The notes under the pieces are model-generated. The model made no database searches. It was not told the origin of the DNA and was given only the letters and a program-made list of their open reading frames with translations. From Flectonema sp. DT1601 (Eukaryota), in contig OZ025792.1 in assembly GCA_964019425.1 (NCBI GenBank), forward strand, positions 372,001 through 436,000: a DNA stretch of 64,000 nt. The letters are read 5' to 3'. Shown here piece by piece: positions 32,901-45,470 of the stretch. The translations under genes and the position numbers were made by a program. Within the stretch, counting starts at the first letter, position 1, and the number at the start of each line of letters is the position of its first letter.

Positions 32901-35900
32901 CTCTATTGTAGTCTTTGCTGAGCGAACAGCATCAGGTGTTGCAGCACAAACAGCATAAGCTGGCCATACAACAACACTGTGATTATAATAAGAAGCTTGT
33001 TCTGTGTTGTCAGTACAGCGAATTAATGTTGATGGTAGATTCTCTTTCTGTACTGTAGGTAACAAAGACATAGCATTCTCAATTACTTTAACGGTTGTTG
33101 ATAAACTTGCTGTTGGTGATGTACACCATTCAAGGCTGACTCTATCATTTTGTATAATATCATCGCAGGCTTCTCCAGAAGTTGTTACCTGCCATTGTTG
33201 TGACGATGGGATCTTTTTAATTGTTGAATCGTGTTCTTCATTATAGAAAGCAACAGCCTGACCCTGTTCAGTAGGTAATTGATAAAAGGTTCCAGGTATT
33301 CCCGAGACTGTTGCTTTCGCAGTTCCATGAATTGTTTTTCTCTCATGAGCTCTCCGTATCGCATTGTTAATGTGTTGAGCAGGATGTGATAGCGAAGCAT
33401 TACAAAGCCTCTGAAGTCCATTTATGTTAGTCAAAACACCGTCAGTCACATGTCCAACAAGATAAGGCGATCCCGACAAGGACAATAAATACTTCTCACT
33501 CGAAACAGTATCGTTCACAGTTGTTGTCACAATAAGTTCTTGTAATGTAAGAGAGTGTAATACTTGCCATATAGGGGCTGCTGTTAGTTTCTTGTGTCTA
33601 AGCTTTGCTAATACCATTGAGCGTATTTGAGCATTCTCATCTATTTTTAAGAAACTGTTAATCTCATCAGCCAGAGTTGGTTGACTTCGGATTGTTAAAC
33701 TGTAGTCACACAGTGATAGTTGATGAAGCTTTTCAATTATCGAAACTGGAATCACACAAGGACGACATTCCCAATGAGTTTCAGTATTTGGAAACGTTTC
33801 CACGGCCTTGGATGATCCATCAACAGGACGTTCTTCAGAAGAATTATAAAGTTTTACTAAACGAGAACCATCAGAAGAGGTTTTATTTATCAAAAGTTCG
33901 CCTTCCTTTCCGTCTGGAAAACGGAACAAAGACGACCCTGACAATTCCTCAATAGGAGGTCGAGACCAGATATATTCAAGAATTCCAGATAGAGGTGGTG
34001 CTACTCTGTCAGTTGGTGCTACAGTCCATAACACTGAATCGTATAAAGGTGATAGAGCTGGATTACCTCTTTGAAGGTTTTCGTATCTAACGACTGGAAC
34101 ACTCGACATGTCAAATCGTGTTATTCCACATTTATTTTCCTGATCTGAATTTGGAGGTACCAACCACATGTGTGCTGTTGATTTAGATTCTGACTCGTTA
34201 GATTCATCCCTCGCCTCCAAGAAGTGTTTTATATCACTGGGGATTTGAACCTCTGCTGATCCTCCTCTCTGTCTCAATATACTTGCGGCATCTTCTAAGT
34301 CAGGTGGGGCAGACTGAAGGACTTGCCAACAGTCGTTGTCCCACCAACTCCACACAGTTCCCAAATAAAACTCCGAACTATACATATAAATTGGTAAGAA
34401 TGTATTAGTGTGATTAGGTTGGAGTAATTGGTTAAATTTTGAGTTTTTTTTTTGTATGACTTCGGCATTGTGAAGAGCAGCGTGAACTATATGCGATTGC
34501 CAAATCTTTCCCTCTTCCGAAACCCAATTTTCCCAGTCCTGACAGAGGTCCCAGAATGCTTTACGTCCCCAAGTCTGAAGCTTTCCCTGACTAAGGTGAG
34601 GTTCATGAGGATATCCGTTGTGTAGATTTTCAGAAAGTGAATCAGCTCCATCACTAAGCGACTTACGAACCTGAGGTGCTGGCGGAGCGCTATCAACAAA
34701 ACAACCCAAAGTTAGACTCGGAGACACATAAGAACATAAAGAACTCCCTTGAAAATTATAAGATCCACTCCTCCCCATACAAGGTGAAGATGGCGGTATT
34801 AATAAACTAGAATGTATTTCAATATCATCACTTGAACTCAGGGGTGCATCACAACCATAAACCCCCTCAACTAAAGAAAAAGAGTTCAATCCATATGTCT
34901 GAACGTCAACAACAAGTCCAGACGTATTCGATAAATGTGAAGCTTTTCTGTCTGGTGTGGCACTTGTCTGTGCTTCTTTTAGCTCAATAATCTTTTCTAT
35001 GATTTGCTTAAGAGTTGGTCTCTTCCCTGGTGCCATAGATCTGCATGGAAGAATTAGAATTTCCCAAATCTCAGTACAAAGCTGACACTGTGCTGCTGTT
35101 ACCGGTGGAGGTGGTTTATCACCCCGAACAACAGCAGCTACTAAATCATGAAGCCACGTTCTGTCGTCTTTTGTATGAACTCGGAGGTCTTCAAAAGGAG
35201 CTGGTCCTTCGTTTAATATTTCATAAAGCAGTACAGAAAATGACCAAACGTCATGTTGATAAACTGCTCTTCTATCTGCTGACTTGGCTCTTAACGCTTC
35301 TGGTGGTGACCAAGGAAGTGAGATTACCGGAGCTGGTTCATTTTCAGGAGTCATAATGCCGAGATCTGATAGTTTGTATTGACCCCAACCAGTTACTAAT
35401 ACATTACGGGCAGCAACATCAAGATGAACGAAACCTTTACTGTGAATAAATGCGAGTGATTGAGCGATTGAAAGCCCAACGTTTAAACACATTAGGCCCC
35501 ACTCGAGAGGTTTAAGTTCGTTTCGACTTCTTTCTTCTTCGAGAACACCTTTTAAGTGACCTTTCTCACAGTACTCGGTTATCATGTAAACTCTTTTATC
35601 AGATGTCGTCCAGCCGTAAAAGTTGAGAACTTGATTGACTCTAATGTTGTTTAAGTTTGTTATTTCTTTGTGAAAGCTGAGCTGAGTGTGCATGCAGTCA
35701 GATCGAAGTTCTTTAACTGCTACGTAGTCTTGAATTGGTTCATAAATAGTTCTGTAAACTCTTCCAAAGGAACCTTCTCCAATAGTATCCCACTTGTCTG
35801 GGACACCTCTTAGTGACTGCAATGGAACATATCTCTCTTGTGGAAGAGGTAAGGCTTTTAACTTTGTGTGAAGACTGTTTGTAGGAGTTCCTTTATGTTC

Positions 35901-37193
35901 ACCTGCTTGACTTGTAGTGTTTTGACCTCCTTTAGTCATTGCCTCGTAGATGTAACAAAACGATGGACGTCTGTTGGTATCTTCAGATAGAGTTCCTTCG
36001 AGGAGTTCACGAAGCCAATTTGACACCACATCGCCTGAAACAGTCTTCTGTGGTACTGTTTCTGATCGTTCTAAAGGAGCCTCTTGAGAGATTCCAGCTA
36101 AGAATATTGCACCCCAACTCCACACATCAGAACTATCAGTAGCGTTGTTTACGTTTCCATTAAGCTCAGGGGCAGCCCATTGCTCTCTAATGTTTAAACC
36201 ATTCAATGACACTAATTGACTTATAGCTGTTGTTCTATAGTCGAGTATTTTAACACAACCGTCTGAAGTAATTCCAATATTGTTGGGTTTTAGGTTTTGA
36301 TGTGGTAGTGAGAAAGCCTTATGAAGATACAGCATTCCAAATGCAGCGTCAGTGAAGATACTCGTTAGTCGAAATAGTGGTATGGGATCATCAAGAAATA
36401 AAAGATCATTGAGAGTTGAAGAGACTTTCTCTGATAATAACGTCACAGAATACTCGTCATCTTCATTAGTAATACTTCCTCCAATAGTAGCTGCAATGTT
36501 TGGATGAGCAGCAGAATATAAAATCGATATTTCTTTGCAAAAATGTTGCTCTGCCTGGTTGATGTCTCCATCTACCTTCCACTCCTTTTCAACGCAGCTC
36601 TTTCCAAAAACTTTTGCAGAAATGACATCCGTTGCGATTCCCCTTCCGAGTCGTACCCATTGACCGGTCTTTCTACCAGTTTGATGAATTTCATATTTTA
36701 TATCAGCAGGGTTTACAAACCAACATTGTTTAGCTGTCCTTTGTACTTCAGGGATGTGAAACCTTTCTAACAGGCGTCTGACTGCACTATATTGAGAAGG
36801 CAACGATCCTTGAATACGAACAAGTTGGTACACTAAATAAGGACTAACAGTCACTTCAGATGTAGAGTAAGACTCTACTGTTGTTAACAATTGCTGGATG
36901 GGTGTTTGAGAAGGTAATTCACAATCAGATTCTTCAACAAGAGAATTGAATAACTGAATTCTTTCTCTGTCTTCATCATAATGCTGTAGCTCTTCTATTG
37001 CTGTATTCCTTGTGTAATCAGATGTGATTTTTACAGCACTCGCAACTGCTATGATTGTTTCCGTCTGTTCGTCTTCCATATCGATGCATCGTTCTCTGAG
37101 ATAGTCTGCTGTTGTTGACAGACATTCCCCCTCTTTATTGTTTAGAATCGCAAGCAGTGGTTGTAACTGATTCTTTGACGCATCATATTCCAT
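29996..37193 (-). CDS. Giant multidomain protein: helical N-terminus, pseudokinase, tyrosine-kinase-like kinase, split ART-like domain, WWE, LRR, ankyrin repeats; exons 37193-31432, 31363-31148, 31079-29996 (~2350 aa)
   Basis: Kinase 1 has HQNLKPNN and DYR; kinase 2 has GEGSFG, VAVK, HLDVAARN, DLG and PWSPPE. The LRR reads LAIQHNDIGTSGA. Ankyrin motifs include GMTPLHYAA, NTPLHRSA, GKTALHHAA, GRTPLWYAA and GNSALHEA. Two introns join three ORF-track entries in frame. The frame is open to 37310, so the true start may lie upstream. Confidence 0.85.
31080..31147 (-). other. Spliceosomal intron (68 nt, GTACGT...AAAACAG)
   Basis: Phase-2 join AG|C gives ...LLIASSNKKLNTES..., running into ORF 29996-30943. 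Confidence 0.85.
31364..31431 (-). other. Spliceosomal intron (68 nt, GTATGT...CAAACAG)
   Basis: Phase-2 join AC|T gives ...LIALSTNALFNSPRG..., running into ORF 31123-31308. Confidence 0.85.
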
Positions 37194-40100
37194 AAGGGGG
37201 CCTGTAGTAGAAGTACACGTAAAGAATTTACCACCAGTGAGAGCAATATATTGTTTTTGACTCCCTGTTTGAGATTGTAATTTTGAAAATTCGCAACAAC
37301 AACAAACCACATTTCAACCTAACTTAACTAGCCGGCGTTATTTGTCCTTGAGATAGGTTACGTGAACAGGAAAGAGATATCCCTAAAGGTGGAAAAATAA
37401 AAAGAATAAGAATACGGGAAGAAAATCGGGTTGGGGGGAATGAAATTGCGAAGAAAGGAAAGAAAATGGATGAAAAAAAAGGGGTAGGGGATAATAAAAA
37501 TAAAAGGTGAAGAGACCCCTTCCACTTTGCAAAAGTTCACATTGTAGCAAACTTCACCATGGGAAGAAGACATTGCAAGATATTAGTTTGATTTTAAGGC
37601 CTCGTTGAAGTCATTTCTGAGATGAAACCACGTTCACTTCGGTACTCCATGAGGTATAAAGAACTAGTGAGAGAAGCAAAAGGCTAAAAAGTGAGAAAAA
37701 TAACTAAATAGAAAAGGGAAAACGCGACAATACTTTCAGGTACAGCATTGCTCTCCCACCCTCAAATCAAGAAACAGAAAGCGAGCATGGTGTTCATATC
37801 ATTAGTTAACTGAACGTTTTAAAGAGAAATACGTGTGGGAGAGACGGGGGGGGGGGGGGGAGGAGGGAAAAGAAAAGAAACTTCCCTCCATTAATTTCAT
37901 TCCTAATTTAATGCTTGACTAATAAATGAATCCCCCACACACACATACCCTTCAAATGAAAAGGAAAGGGAACAATTGTGTCTTCTTGTCTGCTTACGTT
38001 GGACCACAATAAGCAGCAATAAAGGTAAACAGGTAAATTTTAAAACTAAATATTCACGAGAGGTCTATAAAATGCCAAACAAAACACACACAAAAAGAAA
38101 ATACCTCTTCGTTTTCCAGTTTAGCCTTCTACAACACCTTCAGACAATAAAGCGACAGATCTTCCAAATGAGACGTGTAGTGAATTTAAAGTCCCCAGAG
38201 ACCATTACTTCATGCCCTCGAGATTCATCAAGGCATAAACAAATTGTAACAAACCAAAACATTCAAAAAGAAAAAATGAAATTCATATTAACATTCACCA
38301 AAAAGACCAAGAAATACAAAAAAAAAAAAAAACAGGTTAATAATATTGCACCAGCACATGAGCATCAGCCCGCTACTAACCAAGCTTGCAGTAAAATCGC
38401 TTTCTTTTTTATTTATTTTTTTTAAATAATAAACTCATTAGAAATCTTGTATTACTTTAACCCCAAAACCAGTAATCGCCATTATTATGGCTTTTGAGAA
38501 AAAATTCTTTTTTGGCAAAGGGCAACAACTGACTCTGGGGTCGAAAAACGATAAATTCTTAGTGGATGGACGCAACAAGTGTCACAACGAAGGGGGAGGC
38601 GTTTGGTTTTACCGCCAGTTGGCCAAGTCTTCCGCCCCACGGGGAGCAACGCGGAAAATGATTCGATGGGAAATACATCAGCGCCGAAATGGAAGAAAGA
38701 GATAGAGAGGATCTGGAAGAAAAATAGTGTGGACCGACGCAGAACGTAAACGTAAATGGCGAGCTACAGGGCCTAACCTTCACAGACAGGGTGCTGGGAC
38801 GATAATTCGACGCAAAGGACCGCACAGGATTTTATATTAAAACAAACATCCCTAATAGTTGGAATGATAGGGATGTTGGTCTCAGTGATCCTGACCATGT
38901 TCATTATTTCCACACGTATGACCAGTCAGTTCATATCAGTATGTCCCCGCATTTACCCGTTGACATCTTCTGTTCACCATGAAGGGTCAAAGATCTATAA
39001 ACATCAAACTGAATGACTGAATAAGATTCATGTTGGCAACAATGCTAGTCCTGACTACGTACTAATACAGCTTTACACTCTAGGGTGTAGATGTAACGTC
39101 AGGGTGCGGGCAAGCAGGGCATTTTATGCCAAACTCCGGAGCTGAGGATTTTAAGTACCTACCGGAGACTTCTACACTAGAAGAAGTGTGGGGGAGACGC
39201 CGTCCCGTTCACCTTTTTTGGTGTATTTTTAACCCGCGGGTTGGTCTTTCACCATGTCATCGAGTCTTACCCACACACCCATTTCCCCAATGCCAATTTT
39301 TTGGAAATGTAAAAAAAAAAAAAAAGAATGGGGTATTACCCCTCTTTTTTTACGGTCAAAGGGAAATATTTGTTCAAAAGAATATCTGAACACGTCGTTT
39401 TTTTTTTTGTTTGTTTTTTTTTTTTTTTTTTTTCTTGTAGAACGATTCTGTTATTCTTTTATTTTAAAGTGTGATTTTGCAGGGAGATATGTCGGGGAAA
39501 TTGTACGTAGTTGGTTTTTTTTTTTTTTTTTTCCTTTTTCCGTTTCTTTCTTGCTATTGGTACCACACTGGCTCGCTACAAAACGCGCTGCGCGTCTCCG
39601 CGCCCGGAGTCGGCTTCCGAGCCCCCAGTACGTCTGTGCACGGCCAGCAGATACAAGCATCTTATGGGAAAGCCGAAAACAATATAAGGGTAATATTCGT
39701 AAGTTGCTTTGCAAAAGAAAAAAACTAACAAAAGAAAATAAAGACACCCTCTCTGTTAACTTAGTAGTTTCCTACATTTTTGCATATTTACTACCAGCAA
39801 GAAAGGAAATGGGTAAGCACTTACAAGAACAAGAAAAAGCTCGATGTGCTACTCTGTTTTTTTGTTTTTTTTGTTTTTTTTTTAAATTTTGTTTTTTTTT
39901 GAGCTCAAAAACTCAAAGGCGCTAAAACTCAAGCTGCCACTTATAAAGGAACAAAGGGCAGCATGATAACTGGGTAAACCTGAGAAAGACGAAGAATAAT
40001 TTCAATTCAACAAAAGATTTTAAAAAGAAATTTATAATAATAAAAAAAAAAGAAATAAAAATGAAAAGGAACTGCGAATATGAGGCCGCGCATCAATTAA

Positions 40101-42649
40101 CAACACCGCAACGTGTTAGTGTTGATAGATTATGGTCGTGAGGTAGGAGCCTAACAAAGAATAAAAAATACAAAAAGAAGAAAAAAGAACTTCTTGCGCA
40201 ATAATTGAAACCTTAGCGCAAAGCGCAAACTAAATCATATTTTTCAACAAAGTTACAAAAAGTAAAAATCAAGAATTTTCCACCTAGTAAACAGTGGACA
40301 ATCCCCAACGAATTTTTACTTTTTTAAATAACAACTACTGCAGATAGGAAATAATAAAAATAAAAAAAATTAAAAGAAATTGCCATCCATCTGTGAACCC
40401 GTGTAAGGCGCAGCTATTCATTCACACCCATGGTAACACTCAATAGGACAAGCATCAGATAAACGGAAAATAACAGTAGTGCGTTCCATCTGTCTGGTCA
40501 CAGTCAGTATAAGAAATGTCCGGACACAAATAGAAAGGCGTAAGGAAATGGCATTTAAAAAAAATAGAACTTTTTAGATTTAAGCAAAGGGGTAAAAAAT
40601 GAGAAAAAAAAATATGATTCTGCGCAATAACAAGAAACGGAACTGTGAGGGATGTTTTTTTTTTTTTTTTTTTTTTTTTGGTATGTGTTCTGTGACCGTG
40701 CTTCAATACTCTTGTCCAAGCTGGTTTCTATGACCATGTAGCGTCACAAATCAAACAGTTTCTGTTGATTTTTTTTTTTTTTTTTTGGGACGCACCAATG
40801 TAAAGGTAAAATAATTATTAGGTTATTATAGAACATAAACCTCACGGCCTTATTGACTAATACTAAATATGTTAACTTTGATTATTTTAATTAATTAATT
40901 AATTAATTAATTTTTTTTTTTTTTTATTAAAATTAAAATTAAAACGTAAACCATCACTATTCTTTCTCCTTTCCTTATTTTGAGCTACTTACTGGTCGTT
41001 TTGCAGGGTTCTATTATTGTTTTGGTTTTTTGTTGGTTATTTCCCCTATTTTTTTTTTTTTTTCCAGTGACCAAGCAATGCAATTTTGCATGTAAAAAAA
41101 AATATTAGGAAATTGACAGAGAAGATAGCAAAAGGAAAACATGATTTCAATTTTTTTAAAAAAAATAAAATAGAACACACATGCAGGATAAAGCTAAACA
41201 TTACTATTTTGCTTGCTGCATTAATGGAATAAAGTTGCCCTACATACAGAGCATAAATGTAGATCAGGCTCCAAAAAAAAAAGGGGCGACAGACTAATAC
41301 GACTTGTCAGAAGGCATTATATGCCAATTTTTTTTGACTATTTTCGGGATTAGTTCATCGTGTAAAGAGAAATGCTCAGAATATAGGCAGAAATGAAGAG
41401 AGAAAAAAAAAAAAAAAAGAAAGGTTTTTAAAATAATAATAATAACGAAAAGACTTTAGGCAAAAGACGCACAGCGCCAACCAATGACTGTCTCATAGTT
41501 TACACCATTTTTTTTTGCAGTAAAAAAAAAAAAAAAAAAATTCCCATCTCTGCACATATTTATTTCCGTTGAAATCTCAAGAGAAAACGTGAGTTTCAAA
41601 AAACAAAAAATAATTGTACTGAAAAAAATAGGAAGTTTTTATTTTACTTTAAATTCTTCTAAAACGCTGTAGCGGAAATAGAAATTAAATAAATTAAATA
41701 AAAAATAAAAAAAAAATATTACGGGTGCTTGTGAAATGAGAATTCAGTAAGGCGCAATGCATACTGTTTCGATCTGCATGGTCGAAGAAGAAGTAAAAAT
41801 AACAAACAACCAGATACAATAGTAAAAAAAGTATTAAATAAAAACACACAGACTGCATACCCAAACCAACAAACAACAAAAAAAGAAAAGTGACGGTACT
41901 GTTTCCAGCAACAAGAGTTTTGCGGTTACTACGTGACAAATATTAAATTAATAAAAGCAGCTGAGGAAAAAGCCACAAAGCCACTTTCAGGTGAATAATA
42001 ATAATTAAAAAAAAAAAAGAATACTACAGTACTTCAATTTTGCAAAAAAAAAAAAAAATTAAAATCAGCACAAGCTGTTTTTTAAGTGAACAATTCCAAC
42101 TCTTTGATTATCCAAATAGAGAAAATGTAACTAAAAGGGAGTAGGAAAAAAAAAAAGTAAGTAAGTGAGTAAATAGTATTTTTTTTTTTTTTTTTTTCTG
42201 TCGCTCACATCACGAGGGAGCAAAATGTAAAATCAACAAGTGTACCATCACAGAAAGTCTGCTGTAATCAGGACATGCAAAACTAATGACAGGCAGAGAA
42301 ACTAAAGCTAGAATATGAGTTTGTTTGTTAGTAGTGTTACAGAGTGGGTTATCAAATAAGTAAATAAATAATCAATAAAATCGTATGATATTAAATAAAA
42401 TAATGGTTGGTTGGTTTCGGACTAATGAAAATACTTTTTCGGACTATACCCCTTACCCAGTTCTTCAGAGAGGGATACCGAGTAATCAGGCCTGTCCTAC
42501 TAATCGCGTTTGACCTTCTTAACGAAGGGCCACGAACATGGTTAATTCTTTTACGTTGTAGACACATATTAGTTGCTAGTGAGTCCTACAAGCCACCGAG
42601 TACCTAGTTAGGGAAACCATAAGTACACGTGTGACTGAGTGTGACTAAC

Positions 42650-42688
<39 letters not shown>

Positions 42689-43551
42689 GAAAAGGGAAAG
42701 GAAGAGAAGAAAACTTTTATACGAAATAATTTTTAAAAAATTGGGTGGAAAAAAAAAAACTCTCTCTCTCGACACGAAGCATAATTCCTTTTCATATTTT
42801 TTTATTTTTTTTTCTTTCTGTAACTTCCGTGGTGTCTTAAAAGAGAACAAAATAAAAAATACTCAAAAAAAAAATTCTTTTTTTTTCCTTTCAGTGGCAG
42901 TAACTAAGGCTTGCCGGCTTTGAAAGCTGGTTGATACAGCAAAAAAAAAAAAAAGAAGAAGAGAGGGAGAAAGAAAATAAAAAGAACCAATTCAAAGAAC
43001 ATCCTTGACAGGAATGAGACGCTAAAATTTTTTTAATGCGCCTCTGCAATAAGTCTTAATTCCCAGCCATAGTAATCAAAAAAAAAAAAAAAAAAAAAAA
43101 GAGTGAGGAAACTCGCGGAAGGGAACCAGACAAATATAGTCACCAATAACGCACCTATATAAGGCTATTTTGTTTTTTTGACGCTTTTTTATTTATTCAC
43201 AGTGTGAGATAACCATTTCTTACACTACCAACCAACACAGAGCTGAGGCGCAAACAGAAAGGTTAGGGGGAAAACTATTTGCTTGCACTAGTCTCTCAAA
43301 TGTCAGAAATGTCAGGTGCAGATAGTAACGACTCACTGCTTCTCTTTTTGAAAAGTATGTTTCCGAGTTCTATATGTTGAAAGGTGGTAAATTTTCACAT
43401 ACGGAAACATACTTTATTGCTCAAACAAGAGAATGCAAAAATATGTGCAAATTCAAAAAACAATAACAGAATTCTTTTTAATGTTGCCCCCTCGATCAAA
43501 GTCTACTGCAAGATAAATTCTCAACAACTCTTATAAACGGTAAGTGGTCCC

Positions 43552-43589
<38 letters not shown>

Positions 43590-45427
43590 GTAGTATTGTT
43601 CAATGATACTACCATTACATTATTCTTTTTTTTTTTTTTAAAGTAGTTTTCTTTTTTATAAAGAGTTGCAAGCAACTTGACTTAACCGATCAGAGGGAAA
43701 AAAAGGATAGGGCTGATAATGAAATTTTACTGAGTAGGGAGAGAGGGAGTCCGCGAAGGGGGATCATTAAGGTGAGAAGGCACAATGCCTTTTCCTTTTT
43801 TTTTTTTTTTTTTCTAAAACCCCGCACACATAAAAGAACATCGCAAAATGAAGGGGTTTTTTTTTTTTTCCCTCCGACATAGTTTTCTTTTTTCAAAAAA
43901 ATACATAAAAAAAAAAAAAAAAAAAAAAAAAGGGAAAATCGTAAATTCCGAACAACAAAAAAGAAAAAAAAAAAAAGTGAGCGGGAAAACAAGTCAAAGC
44001 TTTAGCTAAAGCTTTTTTTTTTTTTTTTTTTTTTTTTTCCTCGAACAACAACATAATATGCAACGATAAGGGGAAATGTTATTAAAAAAATAATTATATG
44101 GGAAGGGAATCTCCTTTTTCTTTTTCCTTTTTTTTTTGAAGTCTTCCTCCACTCCACGACCGACTACGCCGTACGTGCCGTACATTTAAACTTTGTCAAT
44201 ATACCAATATACGTGACAAACGAAACACAATTCGTAAGAAAAATAAACAAAACAATAAGCAACAACAAAAGAAAGAAAAGAAAAAAAAACTGCCAGCCTA
44301 TATCACCTCAATCAAGCGATTGTGAAGGCAAGCAGGAAACATTATGGGGCAACAACTAAATAGTGTGAGATTTGATGTTTGTTTTTTTCTTTTTCATCTT
44401 CCCTTACTCAAAATTGCTCAGAATTAATTACTACATATCTAGTCTCAACTAATTGTAAAGGCTGAGATGCCAGTCGCAGAAAGTACAAGTCGAAACAAAA
44501 CACGAAAGTACTGCATGCTCTACCCTCTTCACACAATAGGTTTCTGCCAGCATGATTCACAGTAACATTCAACAGCGATACCTTTCCTCCAGGGTTAAAT
44601 TGCTCCTCTGCACTCTGCAAAATAAGGTTTGCCAAAAAAAAAAAAAAAAAAAACACAAAAAACACAAAAAATACAAAATACTGTAGCCTTTGCACTCTAT
44701 TAATTATTTTTGCTTCTTATTTTACTTTATTTTTTTTCTCAAAAAGGTAATTTTGTTGCTTGATTTAAAAAAAAAAAAAAACAGGGGGGTAATTTGATGC
44801 AGGGGGGAAAAAAAAGACAGATAATAAAAAACCAACCACTAATGGTTGTTATGATGTTAAATCTGCCTCACGAGTCTTCTGAGTGTCACTGCAGTGGTTA
44901 AATACAAAGGACGTTAATCTTACTTTTTCCCTTCACGGTTATTTCAACCGTATTGCAAGAACAGGAGGAAGAGAGAAAAATAAAAAAAAGAAAAGAGAGG
45001 GAAAGCAACCCGGCAAACAACAATAAACTACCATTTGCCCAACAGACTGGTCACTTGTAGATTCCTATTGCAGTATTTTAGATTACCTTTTTTTTTTTTT
45101 TTTTTTTTTTTTGTCGAAAATACTGCACATCTGAATAGCAGTCATATCAACCAGTCTGTTACAAGCTGGGTGGTTTTTTATCGCGATGCCATAAAAGGAG
45201 TTTTTTTTTTTTTTTTTTGTTATTGTTGCCTCATAATAAAAAACGTGCGCAAGGTATTATGCTGAAATGACAACAAACACAAATAGAGACGAATAGGAGT
45301 TCGTGAATGTGCCTTAGCACTGTAACCTCTGTGGCAGATCAGCAACCGCACAACTTGGGGAAAAGCTGGTACTTCTCCAAAGACGGGATTGGTAATCACA
45401 GCTACAGGATTTTTCACCAAAGGAGCA

Positions 45428-45470
45428 GAAGAAGAAGAAGAAGAAGAAGAATAAGAAGAAAGAAGAAGAA
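45428..45470. repeat. Imperfect (GAA)n microsatellite
   Basis: Read directly from sequence. Confidence 0.9.

Noticed and set aside
29055..37841. ACGTGTGGGAG at 29055 and 37831, each preceded by AACGTTT, flanking the kinase gene
   Set aside because: A repeated 11-mer is expected by chance in 64 kb, and the flanks do not align well enough to call a target-site duplication or regulatory motif.
42644..42658. ACTAACGATTTAAAA resembles the 5' end of euglenozoan spliced leaders as I recall them
   Set aside because: It runs into poly(A) rather than the conserved CAGTTTCTGTACTTTATTG half, and there is no donor GT or SL RNA structure.
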